From positions 792,038 through 856,037 of the forward strand of contig CAWIAV010000002.1 in assembly GCA_963834245.1 (NCBI GenBank): a stretch of DNA of 64,000 nucleotides, written 5' to 3'. The notes below the pieces were generated by a model. The model had not been told where the DNA came from. It did no database searches and was given only the letters and a program-made list of their open reading frames with translations. This DNA comes from an uncultured Actinomycetota bacterium. Its GTDB lineage: Bacteria; Actinomycetota; Actinomycetes; Propionibacteriales; Nocardioidaceae. Within the stretch, counting starts at the first letter, position 1. Each line of letters starts with the position of its first letter. Of the stretch, positions 40,197 through 49,291 are shown piece by piece. Both the position numbers and the translations under genes were made by a program.

Positions 40197-40257
40197 GCGG
40201 CGCGCCGGTCCATAGCGTGAGGCGCACTGGACCACACCCAACAAGAAGGAGACGGCC

Positions 40258-40533
40258 ATGCCTCGCTACCTCATCGAACGGACCTTCCCGGACGGTCTCG
40301 CGATCCCTCAGGACGACAGCGGCGCGAAGGCGTGCCTGGACGTCGTCGACGGAAACGCCGGCCACAGCGTCACCTGGGTCCACTCCTACGTGTCGCCGGA
40401 CAAGACGAGGACCTTCTGCATCTATGACGGTCCCTCGCCGGAGGCGATCCGGTCCGCTGCGGCAGACACCGGGCTGCCCATCGACACGATCACCGAGGTC
40501 TCCGTCCTCGACCCCTACTTCTACCGGGTCTGA
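40258..40533 (+). CDS. DUF4242 domain protein
   Basis: 'MPRYLIERTFP', 'VTWVHSYVS.DK.RTFCIYDGPSPEAIR', 'LPID.ITEV'; AAGGAG RBS. Confidence 0.88.
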   Translation: MPRYLIERTFPDGLAIPQDDSGAKACLDVVDGNAGHSVTWVHSYVSPDKTRTFCIYDGPSPEAIRSAAADTGLPIDTITEVSVLDPYFYRV

Positions 40534-40838
40534 CCCCGCCCCTCCGACGTACATCCTCGATCCGGGCACGGCTCGCTCACGCCGACTCCCTACCCATCTC
40601 GGCCAGAGGTGGACGGGGGTGGTGAGAGCCGGCGTCGCACAGCGTCCTTGCGCCACCAGTAACCGACTGCGAGGGACGCGACTCCTCAGGGACTGTGCGT
40701 GCAATGAAAACTTCAGCCGAGCCAGTCATAGCACTCTGTCCACAGCGCCTCAATGCGAGTGTTCGCCCTCCTGTTGGTGCCGAGGGCCAGTCCTCAGTGC
40801 CTTCCGCTGGGTAACCCCGGTGGGGCACCGCTAGCCGA

Positions 40839-41375
40839 TCACAGGCGATTGAACGGTTCGGCGTAGGTGAACGTGCCGCGCAGCCCGCGGTAGCAGGCAA
40901 GCCGGCGAACCTGGAAGTAGTCGCCCCACTGGGGATCGGGCGGCGCGATGCCGTCCCGAGACGACGGACGGAAACCGAAGCGGCCGTAGTACTCCGGCTC
41001 CCCTAGGAGCGCGACCAACGGCTCACCGAGGGCGTCGGCGGCGCCGAGCACAGTGTGCATCAGCGCGGAACCCACCCCCCGGCCCTGGTGGTCTGGCGTC
41101 ACGGCCAAGGGACCCAGACCCAGTGCGGGTACGCCGTCCACCGCGCCGCGGGTGCACACCACGTGTCCGACGATCGTGTCGTCGTGGTGCCCACCGTCGC
41201 TGGGCTCGACTGCCACGAGCGACAGCGTCGGCAGCCAGCCCGCGTCGGACCGCAACTGTTCGAGCAGGCCCACCTCGATCGGGAGCTTCTCGGGGGCCTC
41301 AGGGGAGGCAAAGGCCGCCGCCACGACGGCCCGGACCGCCTCCACGTCGCCGGATTCCTCTCGTCGGATCAGCAT
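40839..41375 (-). CDS. GNAT family N-acetyltransferase (YhbS-like)
   Basis: 'LGPLAVTPDHQGRGVGSAL', 'VALLGEPEYYGRFGF'. Confidence 0.9.
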   Translation of the reverse strand: MLIRREESGDVEAVRAVVAAAFASPEAPEKLPIEVGLLEQLRSDAGWLPTLSLVAVEPSDGGHHDDTIVGHVVCTRGAVDGVPALGLGPLAVTPDHQGRGVGSALMHTVLGAADALGEPLVALLGEPEYYGRFGFRPSSRDGIAPPDPQWGDYFQVRRLACYRGLRGTFTYAEPFNRL

Positions 41376-41515
41376 GTAGCCAAGTGTCGCGACGCCTTTG
41401 CCACTCCGTCCATCCGGATTGCGTGCCACGTCGGCCCCCGTCGCTCGCGGGCTCGCCCCACTTCGACACACGCAGGTGCATCTTCGGGTCGGCTCGTGGG
41501 TGCCCGTCCGGCTGC

Positions 41516-43342
41516 CTACTTGACCGCGGTGGCATCCATCTCGACCAGCAGCTCGGGCCACGCCAAGGTGGCGACGCCCAGCAGCGTGCTGGCGGGTCGG
41601 CATCCCGCACGGTCGAACCGGCCGACCACGTCGACGGCCTCGTCGGCCTCCCAGTAGGCCTCGATGTCGGTCGTGTAGTAGTTCAGCCGGACCACGTCCG
41701 AGAGCTCGTAGCCGGCGGCCTGGAGCACGGTCTCGAGGTTGTCGAGTGTCTGACTGATCTGCGCCTTCATGTCACCGGCGTGCACCGGGTTGCCGTCGGC
41801 GTCCATCGAGGCGATGCCCGAGACGTGGAGGACGCGCTCGCCTCCGACGACCTCGATGGCCTGCGCGTACCCGAGCTCGTCCTGCCAGGTCCAGGGGTTG
41901 ATGGTGTTGCGTTGCATGGTGCTCGTCCTCTCTCGTGGTTGGTGGCCCGTGACGTCCAGGCCGTGGTTGAACAGGTTGTGCGGGTCGACCTGCGCCTTGA
42001 GCGCAGCCAGCCGCTGGAGGGCGCCGGGAGTCGTGCCCCGTGCGACGCCGTGGCGGCGGTCATCGCCCTCGACGTAGTTGAGGTAGTGCCCGCCCGTCAG
42101 GTCGGCCGCGATGCGTCCCTCGACGTCCTTGATGCGGGCGCGGACGGCGGCGACGTCGGAGTCGGACTCGGTCACGCCGACGAGCTCGAGCAGCATCGTT
42201 GCGTCCCGGTTGCCGAAGGCCGCCGGGTGGTCCGTGCCCCGTGCGATCGCGCCGCCGGCGTGGCGCAGCTCCGTCTGCACGAGCAGCGGGGGACCGTCCT
42301 CCGGGAACGTCGCCCGGACGAGCTCGGTGATCGCGTCGTCCCCGAGCGAGCCCAGCCACACTCCCGTGCCCTCGTAGCCAACCGGCTCGAGCGGGTCCTG
42401 GCTGATCTCGGCGATGTGCGCGAAGGGGAGGGGCCCGAACTCGTCGCGAGCGGGCTCGCGCCAGTCGCGCCAGTACGCCAGCAGCCGGTCGCCCTCCGCC
42501 GCCGGTCCGTCGTAGGCGCCGCGGACCAGCACCAAGGAGCGGCCGCGCAGGTCCTCCGGCACGTCCTCGAGGTCGGGGAAGTTGGCGAGAGTCACGGCCG
42601 AGGTCAGGTCGTCGGGCACGCTCGGGAGCCAGTCCCGCCAGCGGCGCATGACCTCCGAGGCCATCGCGGCCGGGTAGTAGAGCGTGCCGCCGTAGACCTC
42701 CTCGATCGGGTACAACCGGGTCTCCATCGCGGTGACGACGCCGAGGTGGCCGGCCCCCGCGCCACGCAGCGCCCAGAACAGCTCCGGGGTCTCCTCCGGA
42801 GTGACTCGCACGAGCTCACCGGCAGCCGTCACGAGCTCGAAGGCGAGGACGCTGTCGGCGCTGGTGCCGTACTTGCGTGCCAGCCAGCCGAGCCCGCCGC
42901 CGAGCGTGTAGCCGACCGCCGAGACGTCAGGTGTGGAGCCCAGCAGGGGTGCCAGCCCGTGCGGCGTGACGACATCCAGCACTGCCTGCCACTTGGCACC
43001 ACCAGCGATCAGGGCCGTACGCCGCTCCACGTCGACCTGCACGTCGTCGAGGCGGGCCAGGTTGATCAGGATCGCGTCCCGTGCGGGCAGCGTCGGGCCG
43101 TGCCCGCTCGACTGGATCGCCAGCGGGAGGTGGTGGCGTCGGGCGAAGTCGACCACGGCGATCACGCCGGCGGTCGTCGTCGGGAGGGCGACGGCGAGCG
43201 GGAGGTGCTCGACCGCCATGTTCCAGGCGGTCCGCCAGGTGTCGTAGCCGGGGTCGCCCGGCTCGAAGACGTCGAGTCCCTGGTGGTCCGCGAGCTCGGT
43301 GAGGCGGACCTCCGTGGGGAGGGGTGCTGTGGTGGCGGTCAT
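41516..43342 (-). CDS. FAD-binding (BBE-like) oxidoreductase joined in frame to a C-terminal Rid-family domain (41516-41917)
   Basis: 'SSGHG', 'VGYTLGGG.GWLARKYG', 'LFWALRGAG', 'VDPHNLF', followed without a stop by 'MQRNTINPWTWQDELGYAQAIEV..RPASTLLGV..LLVEMDATAV'. An internal GAGAGG RBS precedes ATG 41917. Confidence 0.8.
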   Translation of the reverse strand: MTATTAPLPTEVRLTELADHQGLDVFEPGDPGYDTWRTAWNMAVEHLPLAVALPTTTAGVIAVVDFARRHHLPLAIQSSGHGPTLPARDAILINLARLDDVQVDVERRTALIAGGAKWQAVLDVVTPHGLAPLLGSTPDVSAVGYTLGGGLGWLARKYGTSADSVLAFELVTAAGELVRVTPEETPELFWALRGAGAGHLGVVTAMETRLYPIEEVYGGTLYYPAAMASEVMRRWRDWLPSVPDDLTSAVTLANFPDLEDVPEDLRGRSLVLVRGAYDGPAAEGDRLLAYWRDWREPARDEFGPLPFAHIAEISQDPLEPVGYEGTGVWLGSLGDDAITELVRATFPEDGPPLLVQTELRHAGGAIARGTDHPAAFGNRDATMLLELVGVTESDSDVAAVRARIKDVEGRIAADLTGGHYLNYVEGDDRRHGVARGTTPGALQRLAALKAQVDPHNLFNHGLDVTGHQPRERTSTMQRNTINPWTWQDELGYAQAIEVVGGERVLHVSGIASMDADGNPVHAGDMKAQISQTLDNLETVLQAAGYELSDVVRLNYYTTDIEAYWEADEAVDVVGRFDRAGCRPASTLLGVATLAWPELLVEMDATAVK

Positions 43343-43360
43343 GGCGGTGCCTCCTTGGTA

Positions 43361-43407
43361 ACAGACCGACTAGTTGGTTTGTATCTTAGACCAACTAGTC
43401 GGTTTGT
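43361..43407. promoter_or_regulatory. Two palindromic TetR operator boxes between divergent oxidoreductase and tetR
   Basis: ACAGACCGACTAGTTGGTTTGT (43361-82) and AGACCAACTAGTCGGTTTGT (43388-407). The cores 43365-78 and 43390-403 are perfect inverted copies. Confidence 0.8.
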
Positions 43408-43426
43408 CAATGGGTACCATCGGTTC

Positions 43427-44072
43427 ATGGCTACTCCCTCAGCGCGCGAGAAGATCCTCGAGGCCGCCCACGACCTGGTCTTCGAGATGGGCTTCACCGG
43501 CACCACCGTCGACGCGATCCTCGAGGCGAGCGGCACCTCCAAGGGGGCGTTCTTCCACCACTTCCCGACCAAGGGGGCGCTCGGCAAGGCCCTGATCGAG
43601 CGGTACGCCGAGACCGACGCCGAGGTCCTCGAGCGTCAGATGACCCGGGCGGAGTCGCTGACCGCCGATCCCGCAGAGCAGCTGGTCGAGTTCCTCCGCG
43701 GCTTCGAGCACGACATCGAGGCGGGCCTGATCACCCAGCCCGGGTGCCTGTTCGCGTCGTACCTCTACGAACGGATCCCGGCGGAGGTGGACTTCGACGC
43801 TGTGGTCCTGCGGGCCATCGCGCTGTGGCGGGGGAGGATCCTCGAGAAGCTCCAGCAGGCCGTGGACGCTTCGGCCGCCGGCGGTCGACGTGGACCTGGA
43901 GTCGTTGGCCGACCACGTGTGGGCGGTGTTCGAGGGCGGGTTCGTGCTCGGTCGCGCCGTGGGCGACCAGATCAAGCTGCGCGACCAGCTCCGGCACCTA
44001 CGCGCCTACTTGACACTGCTTCTCGGACTCGACGCCTCGGCTCCCCGTCCGGAGGCGACACACGGGAGCTGA
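43427..44072 (+). CDS. TetR/AcrR family regulator (NemR/LmrA-like), one frameshift near 43870
   Basis: 'AREKILEAA..GFTGTTVDAILEASGTSKGAFFHHFPTKGAL', 'PGCLF'. The C-terminal 'VDLESLADHVWAVFEGGFVL' continues in another frame. Confidence 0.85.
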
Positions 44073-44177
44073 GCTGCTCCGGCTGACCCGGTGGGGTCGG
44101 GACCCGGCGACGACCTTGTCGAATGTGCGCTCGGCCCGTGCTCGTGAGATCCTCGGACCACGAGCCGATCAGGCTCG

Positions 44178-44220
44178 CCGGACGATGGAGCCGTACCCGG
44201 AACGCGACAAGACGGCCATC
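44178..44220 (+). ncRNA. Guanidine-III (ykkC-III) riboswitch
   Basis: CCGGACGATGGAGCCGTACCCGGAACGCGACAAGACGGCCATC: P1 CCGG/CCGG, pseudoknot GCCGT/ACGGC, conserved GACGA and GACAAGAC; lies directly before the AGGAG RBS of an SMR gene. Confidence 0.88.
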
Positions 44221-44231
44221 AGGAGTCCGTC

Positions 44232-44546
44232 ATGGCGTGGTTGGTTCTCGTTCTCTCCGGTGTCCTCGAAGGCGTGTGGGCGGTGGCGCTCGGCAAGTCG
44301 GAAGGGTTCACCCGGCTCACGCCGTCGCTGGTCTTCACCGCCGCGCTGGCGCTCAGCATGGGCGGCCTTGCCTACGCGATGCGGACCCTGCCGGTCGGGA
44401 CCGCCTACGCCGTGTGGGTCGGGATCGGCGCGGCCCTGACGGTCGGCTTCGGCATGGTCACCGGGTCGGAGTCGGTGAGCGTCGTGAAGGTGGCGCTGAT
44501 CGTCGGCCTGATCGGCTGCGTGGTCGGCCTCAAGCTCGCCCACTGA
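44232..44546 (+). CDS. sugE: SMR family guanidinium exporter (Gdx/SugE)
   Basis: 104 aa, four TMs; 'MAWLVLVLSGVLEGVWA' with the membrane Glu, 'LPVGTAYAVWVGIG'. Confidence 0.92.
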   Translation: MAWLVLVLSGVLEGVWAVALGKSEGFTRLTPSLVFTAALALSMGGLAYAMRTLPVGTAYAVWVGIGAALTVGFGMVTGSESVSVVKVALIVGLIGCVVGLKLAH

Positions 44547-44678
44547 GCCAGCCGCTCGACGCCGGCTCCGGACGCGTGACGCCGGTGACGGGACCCAGGG
44601 TCCGGGCTGGACGGACCCACTGCCGCGTCCTGCTGCGCCGGCGGGTCTGACGGTCGTCCGTCGGAATGTTCTACGTTC

Positions 44679-45572
44679 GTGACCATGTCGTGCGCGGGTG
44701 CCGTCGTCGACGACTCCCGTCGACGGCCCTCACGGCGGCGGGTCCTGGTGACCGCCGCCGTTCTGGTCGGCATGCTGGTCGTCGTGGTGGGCGGACTCGT
44801 AGCGATGCAGCGCAGGCTCATCTACTTTCCCGACACCGCACCCGTCCCCGCCGCCGCGCAGGTCCTGCCGGGTGCGCGCGACGTCACGCTCCGCACGTCC
44901 GACGGCCTGGAGCTCGGGGCGTGGTTCGCCCCGCCCAGCACGAGCCCCGAGCGCGACCTCGCGGTCCTGGTGGCCCCCGGCAACGGCGGCAACCGGTCCG
45001 GCCGCGCCGAGCTGGCGCAGCTCCTGCGCGGGCGTGGCCTGGCAGTGCTTCTCATGGACTATCGCGGGTACGGCGGCAACCCCGGCAGACCGTCCGAGGA
45101 GGGGCTGGCCCGCGATGCCGACGCCGCGGTGGCCGCGCTGGAGGAGCTGGGCTACCCGCCCGACCGGGTCATCTACCTGGGTGAGTCCCTCGGCACCGGC
45201 GTGGTCGCCGCGCTGGCGACTCGCACGCCGCCGGCCGGGGTGGTTCTGCGCTCCCCGTTCACCGAGCTCGCGGACGTCGGTGCGCACCACTACCCCTGGC
45301 TGCCGGTCCGATTGCTGTTGCGCGATCGCTTCCCGGTCGTGGAGCACGTACGCCGCAGCGACGTACCCCTCGTCGTGGTCTACGGGACTGCCGACACTGT
45401 GGTCCCGGCCGACCTCAGCGTTCGGGTGGCAGACGACGCGCGCACGCTCGTCGACGTCGTTGTGCTCGACGGTGTCGACCACAACGACCCGGAGATGTTC
45501 GGCGAGCCCGTGGTGGACGCCGTGGTGCGCGTGACCGGGAGCAGTCGCGGCACCACCGATGGCGGGTCGTAG
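44679..45572 (+). CDS. Membrane-anchored alpha/beta hydrolase (ABHD13/17-like)
   Basis: TM then 'QRRLIYFP', 'PGNGGN', 'DYRGYG', 'GESLG', 'DHND'. Start position uncertain. Confidence 0.85.
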   Translation: MTMSCAGAVVDDSRRRPSRRRVLVTAAVLVGMLVVVVGGLVAMQRRLIYFPDTAPVPAAAQVLPGARDVTLRTSDGLELGAWFAPPSTSPERDLAVLVAPGNGGNRSGRAELAQLLRGRGLAVLLMDYRGYGGNPGRPSEEGLARDADAAVAALEELGYPPDRVIYLGESLGTGVVAALATRTPPAGVVLRSPFTELADVGAHHYPWLPVRLLLRDRFPVVEHVRRSDVPLVVVYGTADTVVPADLSVRVADDARTLVDVVVLDGVDHNDPEMFGEPVVDAVVRVTGSSRGTTDGGS

Positions 45573-45595
45573 CGATCCTGACGCTGAGGTGCGGG

Positions 45596-46942
45596 TCACC
45601 CGTCCGGTGGTGGCCGGGAGTCGCCTTCAGGGATGCACCGGCGCTTCGGAGGATCGAAGGCGAACGTTGCGGGTGCGGTGGTGCGGATGGTCCAGGGTGC
45701 GGCGTGGATGAGTCGGTGGTGGTGGCCGCAGAGCAGGATCAGGTTGGGTAGCGACGTCGGGCCGCCGTCTGCCCAGTGTTGGATGTGGTGGGCGTGGCAG
45801 AGCAGTGGTGGGCGGGTGCAGTGGGGGAAGCGGCAGTGGTGGTCGCGGGCGACGAGGGCTTTCCAGATCGCGGGGGTGGTCAGTCTTCGGGTGCGGCCGA
45901 CGTCGAGGACCTCTGATGCTCCGCCGAGGACGGCGGGGATGAGGTCGGCGTCGCAGCACAGGCGTCGCAGGGTGGCGGGGGAGAGCTGTTCCCCGGTCTC
46001 GGTGGTCGCGAACCCGGAGTGCTGCTGCAGGTCGGTGAGGGTCATGGTCAGGGTGAGTCGGGGGGTGGCGCCGTGGGTCTGGGGGAGCAGGTCGGCGCTT
46101 TGGAGTCGGTGGCAGGCCTCGACGAGGGCGTCGAGCATCCGGGTGCCGTGGTCGCGGGGGTCGCGGCCGTCGTGACCGCAGCCCGGGGTCTCGCAGCTGG
46201 CCGGGTCGCAGACCGGACCAGCGGTGGGTTGGGGTGCGGCCAGGGGGATCAGGGTGGCTTTGAGGTGGGCGGCGTCCTCGGTGCTGCAGCGTCCTTTGAT
46301 CCAGGCGCCGCCGCACTGGTCGTCGGTGATGGTGAGGTGGCGGCCGAGGTGGGCGGCGCGTTCGAGGCGGTCGAGCTCGCGTTCGGCGCGGCGGTCATCG
46401 CCCTCGGGGTCGATCAGGCACAGCAGCCGGCGGGTGAGCTTGCGCAGCTCGGTGGCATCGAGGGCTTTGGCCTCCTCCAGCAGCACCTGGACTCCGCGGC
46501 GGCGTAGGTCGGGGTCACCGGGCAGGGTGTCGATGGCGCGTTCGATGACCTGGGCCTTGGCGAGCGAGAGCCACCCGTCGGCCAGGGCCTCACCGACCGG
46601 GGCGAGCAGGGGTGTCTCGACGGCCTTGGCGAGCCGGACCGTCGCGGGGCCGGTGCCCTTGTGGCCACCGGCGACCGCGGTCACGTAGTCCTGGGTGGAG
46701 GCCCAGCCGGCGGTCTTGACCGCGTGGGTGGCGTCGAGCTCGGCGAGGATGGCCAGCTCGAGGGCGTCCAGGGTCGACTTCAGCGCCTCGACCTCGGTGA
46801 CCGCGTCCATCAGCTCGGCCCGGGGACGGGCCGCCCACAACGTCGAGCCCAGCTCACGCACCTGCCCGCGCACCACGGCCAGCGCACCCGCGACACCACC
46901 GGCACCGGTGCCGTCACGGGGGTCGATCAGCTGGCTGGTCAT
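45596..46942 (-). CDS. DUF222 (13E12-repeat-like) protein with C-terminal HNH endonuclease signature, copy 1
   Basis: 'LRRLCCDADLIPAVLG..LDVGRTRRL', 'RDHHCRFPHC', 'CHAHHIQHWADGGPTSLPNLILLCGHHHRLIH'. Confidence 0.9.
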   Translation of the reverse strand: MTSQLIDPRDGTGAGGVAGALAVVRGQVRELGSTLWAARPRAELMDAVTEVEALKSTLDALELAILAELDATHAVKTAGWASTQDYVTAVAGGHKGTGPATVRLAKAVETPLLAPVGEALADGWLSLAKAQVIERAIDTLPGDPDLRRRGVQVLLEEAKALDATELRKLTRRLLCLIDPEGDDRRAERELDRLERAAHLGRHLTITDDQCGGAWIKGRCSTEDAAHLKATLIPLAAPQPTAGPVCDPASCETPGCGHDGRDPRDHGTRMLDALVEACHRLQSADLLPQTHGATPRLTLTMTLTDLQQHSGFATTETGEQLSPATLRRLCCDADLIPAVLGGASEVLDVGRTRRLTTPAIWKALVARDHHCRFPHCTRPPLLCHAHHIQHWADGGPTSLPNLILLCGHHHRLIHAAPWTIRTTAPATFAFDPPKRRCIPEGDSRPPPDG

Positions 46943-46948
46943 GGGTGA

Positions 46949-46970
46949 ATTCAAGCAGCGACCACCGACA
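46949..46970 (-). promoter_or_regulatory. RecA-NDp/PafBC-like DNA-damage promoter motif, leaderless
   Basis: Minus strand TGTCGG-N10-TTGAAT-N6-ATG; same layout upstream of the second DUF222 gene. Confidence 0.55.
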
Positions 46971-47076
46971 GTTTCTGCCGAGAATCCGCTGCTGTGAAAG
47001 GGGATTCTCGAGTGGTCTTGCGGGATCGAACTGTCCTGACGAGGCGCACCACTGGTGGCGCTGCTCGCACCCGTGC

Positions 47077-47907
47077 CTAGTGCCTCCCGAGGAGGTGGGC
47101 CGCGATGACTGGTGCGATCGCCTTGGGCTTCACGTCGTGGGTCTGGCCCGCGAGGGTCTCGAACCGGCCGTGGGGAAGGGCCGCGGCGATCAGTGGCTGC
47201 GCATTGCGCATGTAGGCGTAGCTCCTGTCCCCGGAGATCATCAGGGTCTCGGCCGTGATCGAGTCGAAGTAGCCGGGAGGCAGGGGGCTCTGCTGACGGA
47301 AGGGGCCGACCAGCGCGAACTCGTAGGGGAGCGTGTGCGCCACGGCGGCGAGCTGCTTCCACAACGGCAGAACGCGCATCAGCAGCCGGACGGGTGCAGG
47401 CACCTCCATGAAACGGAAGAACTCGGTCACGGCCTCGCCGCGGCGTCCTTGGTCGACGAGCTCTTGGAGGTGCCGGGAGAAGTCGGGGTCGTCGGGTGGG
47501 TGGCTCGAGTCGAGGATGAACGGCGCCTCGTAGCAGACCATCCGCAGCACGGGAGCGCCGCGGCGAGCGGCCTCGAGCGCCAGGGCCGCCCCAGCGGAGT
47601 GCGCGAACACGTTCGCCGGGCTACCCGAGGCCTCGATGACCGCGACCAGGTCCTCGACCTCACGCTCGACGGTGTGAGCTGTTGCTCCCGGGTCGCTCTC
47701 ACCCCGACCGCGTCGGTCGTAGGAGCAGACGGAGAAGCGGTCCATCAGGATCTTGCGCAGTCCTGGGCTGAGTCCCTGGGTGCGGTGGGCGAGCGCGCCG
47801 TCGACCAATACGAGCGGAGGCCCTGCCCCGTCGACCTGGTAGGCGATCCTCGTCCCGTCGGCACTGCTCACGAAACGGGCCGACTGTCCCGGAGATGGCG
47901 CAGTCAT
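47077..47907 (-). CDS. Alpha/beta hydrolase
   Basis: 'SADGTRIAY', 'YDRRGRGES', 'AHSAG', 'GQTH'. Confidence 0.88.
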   Translation of the reverse strand: MTAPSPGQSARFVSSADGTRIAYQVDGAGPPLVLVDGALAHRTQGLSPGLRKILMDRFSVCSYDRRGRGESDPGATAHTVEREVEDLVAVIEASGSPANVFAHSAGAALALEAARRGAPVLRMVCYEAPFILDSSHPPDDPDFSRHLQELVDQGRRGEAVTEFFRFMEVPAPVRLLMRVLPLWKQLAAVAHTLPYEFALVGPFRQQSPLPPGYFDSITAETLMISGDRSYAYMRNAQPLIAAALPHGRFETLAGQTHDVKPKAIAPVIAAHLLGRH

Positions 47908-47926
47908 GGCTGGTACACGCTGCCGC

Positions 47927-48592
47927 TCAGGCCGCCGCGGCATTGTCTGCCGGTCGCTCGAAGCCCATGACCGTCCACGACAGGCCGCGGTGTCGGTACC
48001 GGACGGCCATCCCCTGCGACTCCACCACCGCCACCATCGCCCGGGGCGGGTGGACGAATGCGCGGAAGTCGTTGCGCCGAAGTCGACGTACGAGGTTCTC
48101 CAGGCCGAAGCTCAACCGGGTGACGAGCGTGCGCGGTGGGTGTGAGAACACCAGGAGCTGCCGGGCATGGCTCGCCGCCGCGGACAACAAACGCTCGTAG
48201 TCCGGATAGCAGCACACGACCCGGTGCAGGACGACGACGTCGGCCGGCTCGACTCCGCCCGGTTCCGTGGCGATGTCGAGGAACCGCCGCGTCACTCGGT
48301 CACCGAGACCGGATCCTGCGAGCAGGCGGGCAGCCTCTTCCTCGTAGCTGGTGGAGATCTCCAGGTTGGTGGCCTGCTGGGCCCCGCGTCGGAGCAGCTC
48401 GAGGTGCACCTCACCGATGCCGCCACCGATCTCCAGCACGGTCGCACCGTCGAGGCCGCGGGCGCTCAGAAAGTCCACGACCCGCCTGCGAGTCGGATCA
48501 AGGCCACGCCTGCGGCACCGCCGTGCCACCCGGCGCGCGAAGCGATCACCGAAGGTCTCGTCGTATGCGGCGCGGTTGCAGCAGTCGTTCAT
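47927..48592 (-). CDS. Class I SAM-dependent methyltransferase
   Basis: 'VLEIGGGIG', 'DVVVLHRVVCCYPD'. Confidence 0.85.
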   Translation of the reverse strand: MNDCCNRAAYDETFGDRFARRVARRCRRRGLDPTRRRVVDFLSARGLDGATVLEIGGGIGEVHLELLRRGAQQATNLEISTSYEEEAARLLAGSGLGDRVTRRFLDIATEPGGVEPADVVVLHRVVCCYPDYERLLSAAASHARQLLVFSHPPRTLVTRLSFGLENLVRRLRRNDFRAFVHPPRAMVAVVESQGMAVRYRHRGLSWTVMGFERPADNAAAA

Positions 48593-48739
48593 CTGTTCAG
48601 TATCGGTCCGCGCGGCTGGGGATGGCCATGGTCAGCGGCCGTCACTGTCACACGCACGTGAACCATGTGCGCACCCGAGTGCGTCGTCTTGGTTTCGCCC
48701 CGCGACGGCATGTCCCGGGTCGGCGTCAGCGCCCCGGCG

Positions 48740-48994
48740 TTACGCCCTCGCGGTGACCAGCCAGGCGGAGGACCCGAACAGGACTCCCTCCGGGGTTTCG
48801 TGTTCGGCGACCAGGCGGTGGAGGTTGTCCAGGGCGCTCTTCGCGGGCTTGTCGTCGAGGTCGTGGATGAGGCCCTTGGTCAGTCCCATCGCGCCCATGA
48901 ACGTGTACGCGTCGTCAGCATCACGGCCGAACTCCAGCAGCGCTTCGTGTTCGGTCACCGCGACCTCGCCGAAACCGGCGGCTTCGAGCGCCAA
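48740..48994 (-). pseudogene. C-terminal remnant of a class I SAM methyltransferase
   Basis: 'AAGFGEV..FGRDADDA..HETPEGVLFGSSAWLVTAR' resembles the tail of that family. No SAM-binding N-terminus upstream. Confidence 0.5.
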
Positions 48995-49217
48995 CCCGAC
49001 TGGGAGGCTCTCGAGGCGATGGCAACACCGGCCTACTCCCTGAGCCGGGGATGTGTCGCCCGAGCGCGATCCTGCGAAGGGTTCCTAGGCAACCTTGCGG
49101 CGTAGTCGAACTTCGAAGGCTGCAGCGGGCCCCCGGGGGGCCCGGACGGCGCTGTCTCGCCGGCTGTTGGCGAGACGGGCCACCTCGACCAGACTGTTGC
49201 GAAAGTTCCGGGGGTGT

Positions 49218-49244
49218 TGTCGATCTCGACGCGGACCGTGCGAC
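49218..49244 (+). promoter_or_regulatory. ECF42-type promoter upstream of the YciI-sigma operon
   Basis: TGTCGA-N17-CGAC matches the -35/-10 described for ECF42 sigma factors. Confidence 0.6.
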
Positions 49245-49291
49245 AAGAGGGTGAGTGGCACGGCGCCACCCGACGAAGGAGAGGAACAGCG

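Noticed and set aside
40534-40838. Unannotated 300-bp gap with short ORFs (40577-40900, 40183-40704)
   Set aside because: No recognisable protein motif, RBS or RNA structure; possibly decayed DNA.
41123-44086. 987-aa plus-strand ORF
   Set aside because: Mostly the antisense shadow of the oxidoreductase-Rid gene; only 43427-43870 (TetR N-terminus) is real coding sequence.
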